57,859 nt of DNA from Perkinsus chesapeaki ATCC PRA-425 (lineage: Eukaryota; Protista; Perkinsozoa): the NCBI GenBank assembly GCA_013115145.1, contig JAAPAO010000174.1, positions 1 to 57,859 on the forward strand, read 5' to 3'. Position numbers and translations under genes: made by a program. A model generated the notes under the pieces. It had not been told where the DNA came from. It did not search any database and worked only from the letters and a program-made list of their open reading frames with translations. Below are positions 37,497 through 48,411 of this stretch, one piece after another; within the stretch, counting starts at the first letter, position 1; every line of letters begins with the position of its first letter.

Positions 37497-37998
37497 GTAG
37501 TCCAGTTAATATCATCGATGCGGTATAGAGAGTTGCTAGCTTATAACGTTCTTAGTTGGAGAGTTTACTAGGGTAGATCGATAGCCGTTGGCGTGCGCGT
37601 TACCCTGAGTATGCGTGCCTCATCGTAATCTGCGCCGCCATGTCACATGACGTGGGAGGGCTAACTTTAGAAAACTTCGTATGATGGTGAATGTATGATG
37701 ATAATAGCCCAGGAAATAAATGATCTATAACGTGCGCTAGGGGCGAGTGTGTGCTAACTAGCGCGACGCTAGTACGGGGGCCTCGTGCTCGTGGCCACGT
37801 TATGGTCGACTATGTGGTGTGGAGCCCTTAATCCATCGTTATGTTAGCGGCTTTTGTTCATATAGGATTAAAAGGTGCGTAAATGGCCCCTTAAGGCGCA
37901 TAGTGGAGCTGCGCTCTGAAGTGACTGTGTTTCTGTCAGCGTTGTTTTTTCAATTTTCCCGTTGAGTCCTCTCCTCTTCTCATCCTCTTGTTATAACA

Positions 37999-39216
37999 AT
38001 GATATGCTGTGGGAAGACTACCCTCTATATTCTGGGGCTCCTGATCTTCGGGTCTCTCAATACTATGTGCACTAAGTTGCAGTTTGAGATGACTTCTGTT
38101 GGTATTAACGGAGATGTTAAGCACTTCATGAAGCCCTGGTTCGGAACATTGACCATGTTTATGGGTATGTGTATAGTCCTTTTCATCCACTTCATCGACG
38201 TGTTTATCGACCGTCAGAAGGCGAAGAGGCGTTATGGTGAAGGTTATCAAGCACTTTTGCAACAGAACAAGGCTGAGAGCAAGGAACCAGGCTTTTGGAA
38301 GGCTGGTGCTTTGATCTTGCTCCCTGCTTGTTTCGATCTGATTGCCACCACTATGTCTTTTGTGGGATTGTTATATAACTCTGCATCTGTGTGGCAGATG
38401 CTCAGAGGTTCTATGATCATCTTTTCCGCCATATTCTCTGTGTGCTTCCTTAAAAGGAAACTTTATGGCTACAATTGGTTTGGTGTCTTCATGTGTGTTG
38501 TTGCCATCTGTTTGGTGGGTGTCGCTAACATTATGTCCGGCTCCTCCGCTACGTCACATACTAGTACTGGTCTGATGGTATTCGGAATGGTTATGATCGT
38601 GGCTTCCCAAGTCATCCAATCTCTTCAGATTGTAACTGAAGAGAAGCTCTTGAAGGGCTACACCATCGCTCCTTTCCACATTGTTGGCATGGAAGGTGTT
38701 TGGGGAACTCTTATCCTTGTACTTCTTGTTTTCCCCTTGCTCTACGTGATCCCCGGTAAAGATGAAGGGTCAGTTGAAAATACTCTTGATACCATGGTTA
38801 TGATTGAGAATAACAAGAACCTTCAGATCATGATTGGTGTCTATATCGTTTCGGTTTTCACCTACAATATGGCCGGAATGTTGGTTACCTATGCTTTGTC
38901 CGCTGTTCATCGGACTATGTTGGAGGCCACCAGAACCGCTGTTATCTGGGTCTGTGATCTCGTTATCCAGTATTTCATTGCACCCGGATCCAACTTTGGT
39001 GAAGTGTGGACTGCTTGGTCATGGCTTCAGCTCTTTGGTTTCCTTCTTCTAGTATTGGGTCAGGCAATTTACTCTGACCTTGTCAAGGTTCCTGGCTTTT
39101 ACTATCCCCCCAAGCCTCAAGCTGTTCAGATGATGAAGTCACCTGCTAGCGTGAGGTGTAACGTCCCGGAGGTTGCCGAGGCTGTCCCCAATGCCGCCGG
39201 CGGCCAAAGTAGTTAA
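37999..39216 (+). CDS. SLC35F6: SLC35F6-like DMT-superfamily transporter, intronless, 405 aa
   Basis: FGSLNTMCTKLQ, HFMKPWFGTLTMFMGM, LPACFDLIAT, ASVWQMLRGSMIIFSAIFS, QIVTEEKLL, VGMEGVWG, SAVHRTMLEATRTAVIW and WSWLQLFGF match the SLC35F6 pattern; about 10 TM segments. Confidence 0.85.
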   Translation: MICCGKTTLYILGLLIFGSLNTMCTKLQFEMTSVGINGDVKHFMKPWFGTLTMFMGMCIVLFIHFIDVFIDRQKAKRRYGEGYQALLQQNKAESKEPGFWKAGALILLPACFDLIATTMSFVGLLYNSASVWQMLRGSMIIFSAIFSVCFLKRKLYGYNWFGVFMCVVAICLVGVANIMSGSSATSHTSTGLMVFGMVMIVASQVIQSLQIVTEEKLLKGYTIAPFHIVGMEGVWGTLILVLLVFPLLYVIPGKDEGSVENTLDTMVMIENNKNLQIMIGVYIVSVFTYNMAGMLVTYALSAVHRTMLEATRTAVIWVCDLVIQYFIAPGSNFGEVWTAWSWLQLFGFLLLVLGQAIYSDLVKVPGFYYPPKPQAVQMMKSPASVRCNVPEVAEAVPNAAGGQSS

Positions 39217-39658
39217 AGGAATGCTTGGTGCATCCCTGTTCCGCTGTTCTGTTATATAGGTAGCTACTGTCTTCTATACTTTACGTAATCTGTCGAATTC
39301 GGTTGAGAAGGTTGCGAACATATTCAAGTTCTTAACCTGGAATGTGCTCGTTTACTGTAGAAAGAAATTTATTGCTTATTACCACGAGATACAATTCTAT
39401 GATGAGAGATGTTAACTCAGATGAGAGAGACTGGGCCGCGCCTCTGTCTTAACTTGCTCGTTTTCCTAGCCTTTTCTCGAGCATTGAAGGTGTGCTCGAT
39501 TGAATTGGCTCACTCGGTCTAGGCCGCAAGTACTATATTCGGGAATGCCATCCTTGTTGCGTTCACAGTTATCGAATTCGTTCGAGATAAGATTCAGAGA
39601 ACTAATAACAAAACTCAGTGGTATGTGGTAAATCGTTTTTGTGGGACACTCGGTCGTC

Positions 39659-41370
39659 TCATGTGCCATTGGAGCTCGAGGTGATACTTCTCTCGAGTTG
39701 TGTCGCCCAGTTCCTCGCTGCGTACACTGCATCTTCGAGCTCGGTGATGCGTGCCTGACCCACCAGTGCGGAAGGTCTAATCACCCTCCTCTGGTATCTT
39801 ACACGAGCTTGCTCGAGCTCGTCGAGCACAACGCTCAACTCTATGCAGTCGCAAGAGTTGCACTGTAAACTGAGAATTAGAATTTGCTGTGATTTGTAGC
39901 AGCAACACTCAGTAGCATTACGCATATAACCGTTTGAGACAGTCTTTCTGTCTTTCGGCATTCACCAGTCGATCCCATAACTCTCGTCGACTATGAGCCG
40001 CCTGAGATATCATGACACTAGGGTGGTCCGCGTGATGCTCTATCGTACGTATTCACATGCTTCACAAAACTGTGAAGTTGGTAGTGACTTGCTTCGAATC
40101 ATGTATGCTGTTGAAAATCTACTACGGCATTCCATCTATCCATTCCTGAACCGCGCTCGTGAAAGTGCCTCCCGAACTTCGGTAACAAACACGAGTCGGA
40201 CTATCACAGAAACATGCCGTCCATCTCGGACGAAACCCAATGATCAACTGCTCGTCTGGCTCCCCCCTATACGTCGCCGCTTCCCTTCCTGACGGGCAGC
40301 CAAACGTGATGCCTTCTCTAGCCCTTGACATCGCTCGGAAACCTCTCGACGAATCATATGGAGGGTTACCTGAGACACTGTGTACCGTCAAGAGACTGAC
40401 TTAGCGGCCATATGCAAATCCGGCGGAGTCGCTGCGGACCTTGCTCTTGAGGTATTCGCTCAGTATCCCTGGCTGGAAGTGCGCCGTAATGTATCGCCTC
40501 CTCCACTTATACAAGAACTTCTCCCCTTGTCGTCTAATCCTCTTCGGTGCAAATGGAGGCAAACCGTCAGTCCAAGATCCGCCCTAGGGGAAGGCAACAA
40601 AGTGGCGAACAAGCCGGACGCCGAAACGCACCCTTCTAACGTGGAACTTTAGCTTTTGTGCTGCCAGATACGGCAGGGCGGCATCTCGCGCCTCCAATCG
40701 GAACTTGTCCAGGTTCTCCTTAAACTGCCCTGCACGATGGGTGTACTGCAACAGTGGAGCAACTTGACTGCAGTAGCCAACAGGAATGTTTCACCTCGGC
40801 ATGCCACTGCACAAAATGGTCATCCAATTCATCCCAGGAGATGCCATGGGATGACGACAACTTCCACAGGGCGTCCAACCTAGCTCTGAAAATAACAGCA
40901 TCCTCACTGACGATGGCGGCAACCAGCTCACCTGTTCCGCCCAATTTGTGTCTTTACCAGAGGAGACGTGGCACTCTTATCGGAAGCAGATCTCAACGCT
41001 GTGAAGGGCTCCTCTCGCGCCATCTCAAGGGATGGATTCGGCCACATAGGGTGGACGGGAGAAGGTGCTGCATCGCCCTTCCATGGTGACACCATCACCT
41101 CTCCGGTAGTAGGGGCCTCTTGAAGCCCCATACGCTCGAACCTGGAAGATTCGGTGCCCACTGGTGATGCTTCTGGGCCTACTCTAGATCGACCCACTCG
41201 TCTTGAGGCACCAACGGCTGCCGAAGCTTCCATAAAGGAACTTCATCGAAGTCGACTGGCCTTGGCGGCAGCGGAGCTGTTTGAGCTCTCACAGTAGCAA
41301 AACTCCGTGTTCCAAGATTCAAGTGGTGATGGCGGAGGAGCCCAGAGAGCGGGCGACTATGGACAAGCAT
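39659..41370 (-). CDS. hypothetical multi-exon protein with a mitochondrial-presequence-like N-terminus
   Basis: MLVHSRPLSGLLRHHHLNLGTRSFATVRA is Arg/Ser/Leu-rich and free of acidic residues. Later exons include LDALWKLSSSHGISWDELDDHFVQWHAE, YTHRAGQFKENLDKFRLE and WRRRYITAHFQPG. The 3' end is uncertain. Confidence 0.4.
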
Positions 41371-41578
41371 TGAAGTTGCAAAGAGCCTTGGCGAGGTAAA
41401 GTGCGGACACCGCGCGGAGAAATAGAGTGAATGACATGCTATAGCCCAACTCCGTGACAGGCTCAGTCGGAGGATCAATCCCCGGGTGAACGCGACACTG
41501 TGAGTGAAACTTAATTCTTTGAATATGTCTGAAAATGTGTATCAGATAAAGGCAAAACAGATGGAATGGACAATAGCG

Positions 41579-44500
41579 TCATTCGCTTTCATCGCTCCGG
41601 ATGGCGGTTCGAGGCCGACCGCTGATCTCACGGGGACCCCCTCCAGATTCGAGATCTCTAAATGCCATCAGATTCCGCAGCTCAGAAGAGCGCGTTGAAG
41701 TGCGGTTGTTCAGCGCCGAATGCGCATCCGACCGCTCCCGAGCAAACGGCCATCGACACCGCAGAACCTGAGCCATGAATCAGGACAGCTACGCAAGTAT
41801 CCCAGAAATACCTCCGCAAAATATGGCCTGTCAGCCTCCGAGCGCCGTAGGTCTAGCTCGCGTTGACACTCCTCGAGCTCCGTCTAAGCAACCAGATCAC
41901 TGCCATGGCAGGAGCGAGGGGAGCTTACTTCTAGACGGAGACGGCCACGCTCAGCCTCTCTCAGTTGAGACAGCAGCGCCTCGACAACATCGGACACTCT
42001 GTTGCTAACTTTCCTCCCTTCCTCGAATGACGGTAGGCTAGGATCAGGCAAGGCGGTATCTGATTGGCTTTGAGAGCATGGACTCAAAAAAAGGCTAAAA
42101 CCTGTTCTCTCGATTTCATCATTGATGTTGTACACCGGAGCACTGCTGGGACGGCTGCCACGATCGAAGGAGGACCGCCGCTTGGGAAGGAACTCTTCAT
42201 CCTCGGTGTACCTGAAGATGCCGCTTGATGAGACACATTACAGAGACCAGCGGCAAATACCAGGCCATCGCGGGGTCCGGACTACCGGGCACGGAGCTGT
42301 GAGCTGAAGATACGCCGCCAGCTGAACTGAGACTTTCGCTGAATGAGGCCTGATGGCAATTACCTATTGAAATTAGGAGCGGCAAACGCTACCTGTTGGG
42401 GTGGTGAAGTCGATATATGGCTGAGGCCTCTACTGCTCTCGATCGCCTTGCGAAGTACAGCCATGATCGCAGCGTAGCTTTGTTGTTGCTCATATAAGAC
42501 CGAGTCCAAGGATGACTTGCTTCTCGATATCTCCTCCATCGTGGCGTCCTTCGACCTTGTTGTTGCCGTTCTGAAAACGGGTAATTCTCCCGGAGAACTT
42601 CTCCGGTGATTTATTCGCCTGGGTTACCGCAGTTCGTCAAGCTCAGCCTCGGCATTCTGCAAACGCCGTCGAAGTGTGGCGAGCTCAGTCTCAGTGCTCT
42701 CGAGCTGTCTGTGCAACTGCGCCGTAGCTGACGCGCTCTGAGGATTGGCAGCTGTCATTCACTATTAGGCAGGTCGCCGCCGCCCAACTCACATCAGCCT
42801 TCAATGTCTGCTCAAGGTCAGCCATCTCACGGGCCTTTGATTCCTCCAAGTTGCCTCTCTCAGTCTCCATTGCAGAGCTCAGTTCCTCCACATGACGTCT
42901 AAACATAACTCTACCTCCGACCTAATACCGCGCCACATACGTCAAATCAGCCAGCTCGGAATCCTTGGCAGCAACCACGGCCTTCAGCTCCACCACAGCA
43001 GCAACTGATGCCGATGCTTCTCGGAGGACCTCATCAGATCCAGCGAGAGCCTGATCCCAACTTTTCTGTGGTTATAAGCAACCTTGTGGACCTTCTTTTT
43101 GCTCTCGAGTTCAGCGGCCTGCTCCGCCATTGCTTGACGGAGCCCCTCAGCCTCATCTGCGTACTTCTTGGAATCGGTCTCGGCCTTCTCGCGCGCAGAC
43201 TCAAGTTCCTGATGCCAATAACTTCGCAATTACCCTGCACGTTCAACGCACCCGTCTTTGAGATGCCAAACTCTCAAGCTGAGCCTCTAAATCCGATAGA
43301 CGCTGCACTAACTCTGACTTCTCGACCTCGGCGGCAGATAGCGCTGAACGTTTGGCTGTGAGCTCCTGAACACCAGCAGTCATCTAGACGCGCCCTAGCA
43401 TAGGGTATGATGCTACAGAAGCCTGGTATACAAGGCGATGCATTAAATCAGTCGAAGGTTATCGACCATCGAGTGACACCCACCTAGATCATTTCACTAT
43501 GCCATCGCTTGTAGGGAAGGTTACGAATGGCTCAATGGCGGCAAACCTACCTCCTCGTTATCAGACTGAATAGCCCTAGCCTTATCAAGTGCAGCTCGTG
43601 TCTGAAGGAGCTCCTTCTCCACTTTGAGCCCATGAGCCAACTGTGTTTTTAGGGTCTTCATCTCCTCTCTATGTCGCTGATTCTGATGAAATGAGAACCT
43701 TACTACTATAAGGTATTCATGTTGATCTCTAATAGTTGGAGGATGTATATTATATACGATATAGTGTCAGTTGCGAGCTTACCTCGGCATCAGCGTGTTG
43801 AAACTTCTCCTCCAAAGAAGTGACCTCCGCAGCTCTCTCTGACAACAATCTTTCAACTTCCTCGCAATGCTTCTCCTTAGCAGCTGTAATAGCCTCTTCC
43901 AGCTCAGTTTTGGCGCCGCTAAGCCCCGTAACTTGGGCCTGGGATTGTTCGAGTTCAACTCTGAAAAGCGACAGCATTACCAGAGGCGGCCGGGAGAAGA
44001 CAAGCCTACCTTGCACTCTGCAGTTCCTTTTCTTGCCGACTCACCTGCGACTTCAACTCGGTGATCTCATCGCTTGCACTGCCAACGGCTGCCTTGAGCT
44101 CTGCTACATCGGCCGCATCCTGAAAAGATATCCATTCACTGAAAACTAGTCTATAATGCTTACAGCCTCCAACTGGGATAGCCGAGAGCGAGCGTCATCC
44201 CGCTCCTCTTGAGCTCGCAGTAGATTGTGCTCCTCCTCATCCAGCTTGGATTGCAACTGCTGACGTGAGGCCTCACCCTCAGCAGCTTCCTGAATATAAA
44301 CGAACCGGATGGTTTTGTTGTATCACACATCGACTATCATTATTGATTCACCACACGCGCCATTTCACATACCGTATGTAAAATACCTCTTTTAGCCGTT
44401 GAACTTCAAGTGATGCCGCTTCCAGCGAGCTTTGGAGGTGTTGAACTTCAGATTCTAAGGCCACTATTCTAACGTGGTGTTCTTCGAGGGCATTTGCTGA

Positions 44501-47500
44501 TTGCCCAGCCTCCTGAAGTATATGATGAGTCATCACCGAACCAAACCCATTCGTGTGCCCATGTATAAATTGCATAAACACCTAGTTTTTCTATTAGCGA
44601 TTCAGGGACGCAAAGATTAGTCCTAACTTAGGACTCCTGAGTAGTCGCTCAGGGCGACAGGGCCACTGCAGTTAGGAATCAATGTACGATCATGAAGTGC
44701 ACCAGAACACAACAACAGATCTGATGGTGGAACACATTATAGCAGGTGATATTCCTATGTACTGCCGGTTCGGAGCGAGTATGCGCCTTCCTGGACTCGG
44801 CAAAAGTGCCCGTCCGCCACGAAAACGGCAACCGCACTGGTCATGTCGCGTGACCTCTCCACGGGTTGTAGCGGTGTATCATGCTAGCATGGATTGCGCC
44901 TAGTTATTGCTCTCCCACGGGCTCCTGTAGCTATGACGGTACTCATGTTGTAGCCTCAATTAGTTAGTTATTTTCTTGAGCCAAGATGGCTTACTTGTGT
45001 TGCGAGGCTCGTGGCGCGAGAAATATTGTAGCGCAGTGAAAATGCGTTAGGGCGCTACCGTAGCGTCGCTACGGAAACCGTAGCACAGAAAGTTCGAAAA
45101 GACTGGCCCCGACGAGCGGGCAACATGTGTCGTTATACGGCTCGTATAACGTGAAGCACTTATAATCTCAGATACAATATCTACTCAATGGGCAGTACAG
45201 CATTACTAATACTCATCTATCCGTACAGGATATAATACTAACATCCTGTGCGGCCCGCTGTACGGGCAGAAAGTCTGTGATTATCACAGACATGTCGCTG
45301 TGACATTGTCGCATGCTCCCTGATAGAGAGCCAGGCAAGAGCAGTGCACCGCCGACTATAAATGGACCCATGGATACGGACTTGAGGCTAGAACAAGAGG
45401 GGAGCCGGGTGTGACGATTCCGATGCGCCAAGTCGTACGAACTGCCTCTGCGTTAAGCAATCCTGACTGAGCATCCAGCAACGACGGAAGGTCAAGAGAA
45501 CAGTAAAGGCGAGCCGTATCAAAGTGAGCCAGCACGGTTCTTTGGAATCCCAGGCATTATGCCTGAGGCATACATGGGCCCTGTAACATGAACATTTAAT
45601 CGACAACGCCATGTAACATGGCCACAAAGGCCTCGGAGGGCAAAGGAAACCCTTAGATAGGACATTTACTCTGAGCAACACTAGTTCATCAATCAGCTGG
45701 ATCTACCTTATAATGATTTCGATACAAGTTGTATCATACAACACTATCAGTGATGACTGGAAGTCCCCGTGCACATGCTGCGTGATATTCTACCGTAAAG
45801 CACGTGCATTGATCATACCAGCGGAATCAAGCCCTTGCTCACCTCCTCTCTTTGTCGCAATGTAGTCGTCAGCTCATCAAGCTTTGAAGACAGAGAGTTA
45901 GCCTTGCCCTCCATGTCGGTAGTATTTTGCGCTTTGAGCTCCAATTCCCTCAGCTTCTCCTCATATTGAGTTACCTGTGCATGATGGTGAGCGACGAGAA
46001 GAAAGGGGACAGGGTCGTCCTCGAGAGTGGGAGTGCAGACCGACCTAGACCTGTGCTACTACCTCTTGAGTTCTCGTACGCGCCAGCTCATCATATGAAG
46101 CTTCCGTATTCTTCTGAGACTCTTCCGCTTCTCTCACCTTCGCGGCCTTCGCACGTAAGAAATAATCGTTCGACAGCAGAACCGTCAACTCACCAGTTCA
46201 TCTCTCTCTTTCCGGAGAGCTTCGACATCCACAGTCAATCGTTGCAACTCGTCGGCATCTCCCTTCGCACGATTAGATTCACTCCTGAACGAAGAGCCAC
46301 CTAGCACCTCGCATGTCAGCAGCTTGGACTCTCACTTTAAACGTTGGAGCTCTCCATCCCGTACAAGCAAGTCATTTTCAAGCTGCGAAGTGCGAGCCGT
46401 GCATTTCTCAATCTCCCCTTTCGATCTCTAAGATGAACTAACTGCCACGTCTTCGGCGATTAGAATGTGTCCGTCAGTGTGGGCCTACCTCCTCAACCTC
46501 CTCAAGAGCCTTCTTAAGCTTAGCAACTTCCGTACTGCCACTACCACCGTTAGAATCCGCTTTGGCTCTAAAGTCATCTAGCTCTGCTTTGAGAACTTCC
46601 AAAGCTTCCTCTTTATTTCTGACCTGGAGACGACTACCCTAGAAGCGTGATGGTAGCAGTCATCTCACAGTCGCCATAAGCTCATCGTTCCGGGCGTTGG
46701 CATGCGCTAACTCGTCTTTAACGATATCCACTGCAATCTCCTTCTCGGCCTCGGCATCCCGCAATCTTTGCTCAAGAAGAAAAACTTTCTCGCCGATCGG
46801 CGTGGAATCCTGTGGGAAACTGCGACCAGCTTACCAGTGTTGGAAACCTACTGGCGTGGCCGAAGGTACAGTGGACTTGTTGATCGACAATTCTGGCGAC
46901 GACGCTACCAGCACCGGCGCTACAATGCAGATAGTTTGCAATTGGATCACAGTAAACAACGCCGAAACCTCGACATTCCACCCCCTTTAATGGCTGCTTA
47001 CTCTCGAGGTCATTGGTACTCATACTTGTATTATACAAGTCCAACAAAGATTCGCTGTCTTGTACAGTTTCACCGGGGTCTGGAGGGGTTGCCGTAGTAG
47101 TGCCCTAAATACCAGTGGTATTATACGTGCACACTGGAGAGGGCAATTGACATCCCAACCCGACATCGAAGCGGTCTACCTGGCCGCTGCTAGGCTGGGT
47201 GGTGATGTCATTTTCGCCAATAAGATCTCCCATATCCAGGAGGTTAACACACTTGAATGTCCCCGTGCTCTGAAGGACGGTAAAGTCCGGCAACAAGTTG
47301 ATCCAACCTAAGTATATTGCCTACACTTTGTGGTCTCAGCGCCGGCTCGGATTGCTGTCGCGCTCTGAGAGCTTCTCCCGAGAAAAACTTGAAATCGTCC
47401 TCGTCCTCATCTTCATCATCCAAGTCGAATGTTTTGGCCGATTGAGAATGGCCTGAAATCCAACAGACATTCCGATTCATCGACTCTGGTGAATATTTTG

Positions 47501-48303
47501 CAAACTTATGGGACAGAAATTTCGCGCTACATTAAGCGGGACAAGAAGCATGCGGTTGAAACAATTCGATACCCTTCTATAACATCCACCGTTCCTATTA
47601 CCCATAACAGGTCTGCTTGTCGGTGACTCCGAAGGAACTGTACCCGAGAAGAACCTGCACGGACCATGGCTCACTGATAGCTCTTGGATCTAACCCCTCC
47701 AATATGCCCAGCACCTCTCAAGTAGCGTGAGTGAGATCCAAAATTGATTTCATGCCAACGTCTCAATTTCTACTGGCCTCCTCAAAGCAGGCCCCGCAGT
47801 CTCCTTGCCGAGCTGCCGATATGATGGAAACGCTCATTGGAACTGGTAGATATGAATACGGTCGGCAGTTCCGAATACTTTCATCACGAACATGAACCAT
47901 GGCCATATCGCATCTATTTCTCCGCGGCATTCCTGTAATCATTCTCACGTCGATGGCGCGATCGAATGTCTTGCTAAATCCGTATTACCAGTCGTCCTTT
48001 GGCTGCTGCGCTGCTTTCTTCTTTGCCAATAGAGCATTCTTCTTCTCCTCCTTCAGCTGCCGAGCAGACACTCCAAGTGGTGCAGCCTTTGGGACGGGTG
48101 ACGCCTTCTTTTGAAATTGCGCGAGAAGACCCTAAGACGTTTAAACATCACCCCTGGAGCGATCGAGAAGGATATGCGGGTAGCACATTGTCGATAACCC
48201 CCTCGTGCTGATTCCACAGTAAACCGCAATCTCGGCACTTTTCCTTTTTGAAAGGATTTGACACAAACTGTGTACAACCCTCCGGGTTAGGCTGGAGGTC
48301 CAT
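41579..48303 (-). CDS. long coiled-coil protein, many exons (may be two genes)
   Basis: More than 15 heptad-rich exons (e.g. EQRLRDAEAEKEIAVDIVKDELAHANARNDELMAT, VTQYEEKLRELELKAQ, EAGQSANALEEHHVRIVALESEVQHL, FRRHVEELSSAMETERGNLEE) joined by GT-AG introns. The 5' exons above about 47000 and the start are tentative. Confidence 0.6.
44513..45842 (-). other. unusually large (1330 nt) phase-0 intron, or inserted element, in the coiled-coil gene
   Basis: Donor ..RQREE|GTGAGC at 45842 and acceptor CTTCAG|EAGQ.. at 44513 are in compatible phase. I found no coiled-coil exon between them; neighbouring introns are mostly 40-110 nt. Confidence 0.6.
44975..44991 (-). other. spliced-leader relic AGCCATCTTGGCTCAAG
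   Basis: Exact match to the last 17 nt of the Perkinsus SL (ACCGTAGCCATCTTGGCTCAAG, recalled). It is followed by a 28-nt A-rich UTR-like stretch and ACAACATG, not by a GT donor. Confidence 0.85.
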
Positions 48304-48411
48304 ACCGATACAGACAGCTCACTCGATGGTCAGGCTGAGCCAGGAAAAGGCTGACAAGAACAGACTAAGATGACCTAATGAACCCCCACCCCCACGACAA
48401 TCTACTTTCAC

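Noticed and set aside
44755-44844. Minus-strand peptide MTSAVAVFVADGHFCRVQEGAYSLRTGST resembles the proteasome alpha N-terminus (AITVFSPDGHLFQVEYA..KGST)
   Set aside because: Only about 10 of 26 residues match, a stop follows immediately, and it is not at the first ATG after the SL. That much divergence conflicts with a perfectly kept 17-nt SL. A TBLASTX or BLASTN search would settle it.
44975-44991. Possible SL RNA gene
   Set aside because: The leader is not followed by a GT donor, its 5' five bases are missing, and there is no tandem array. It fits a relic, not a donor RNA gene.
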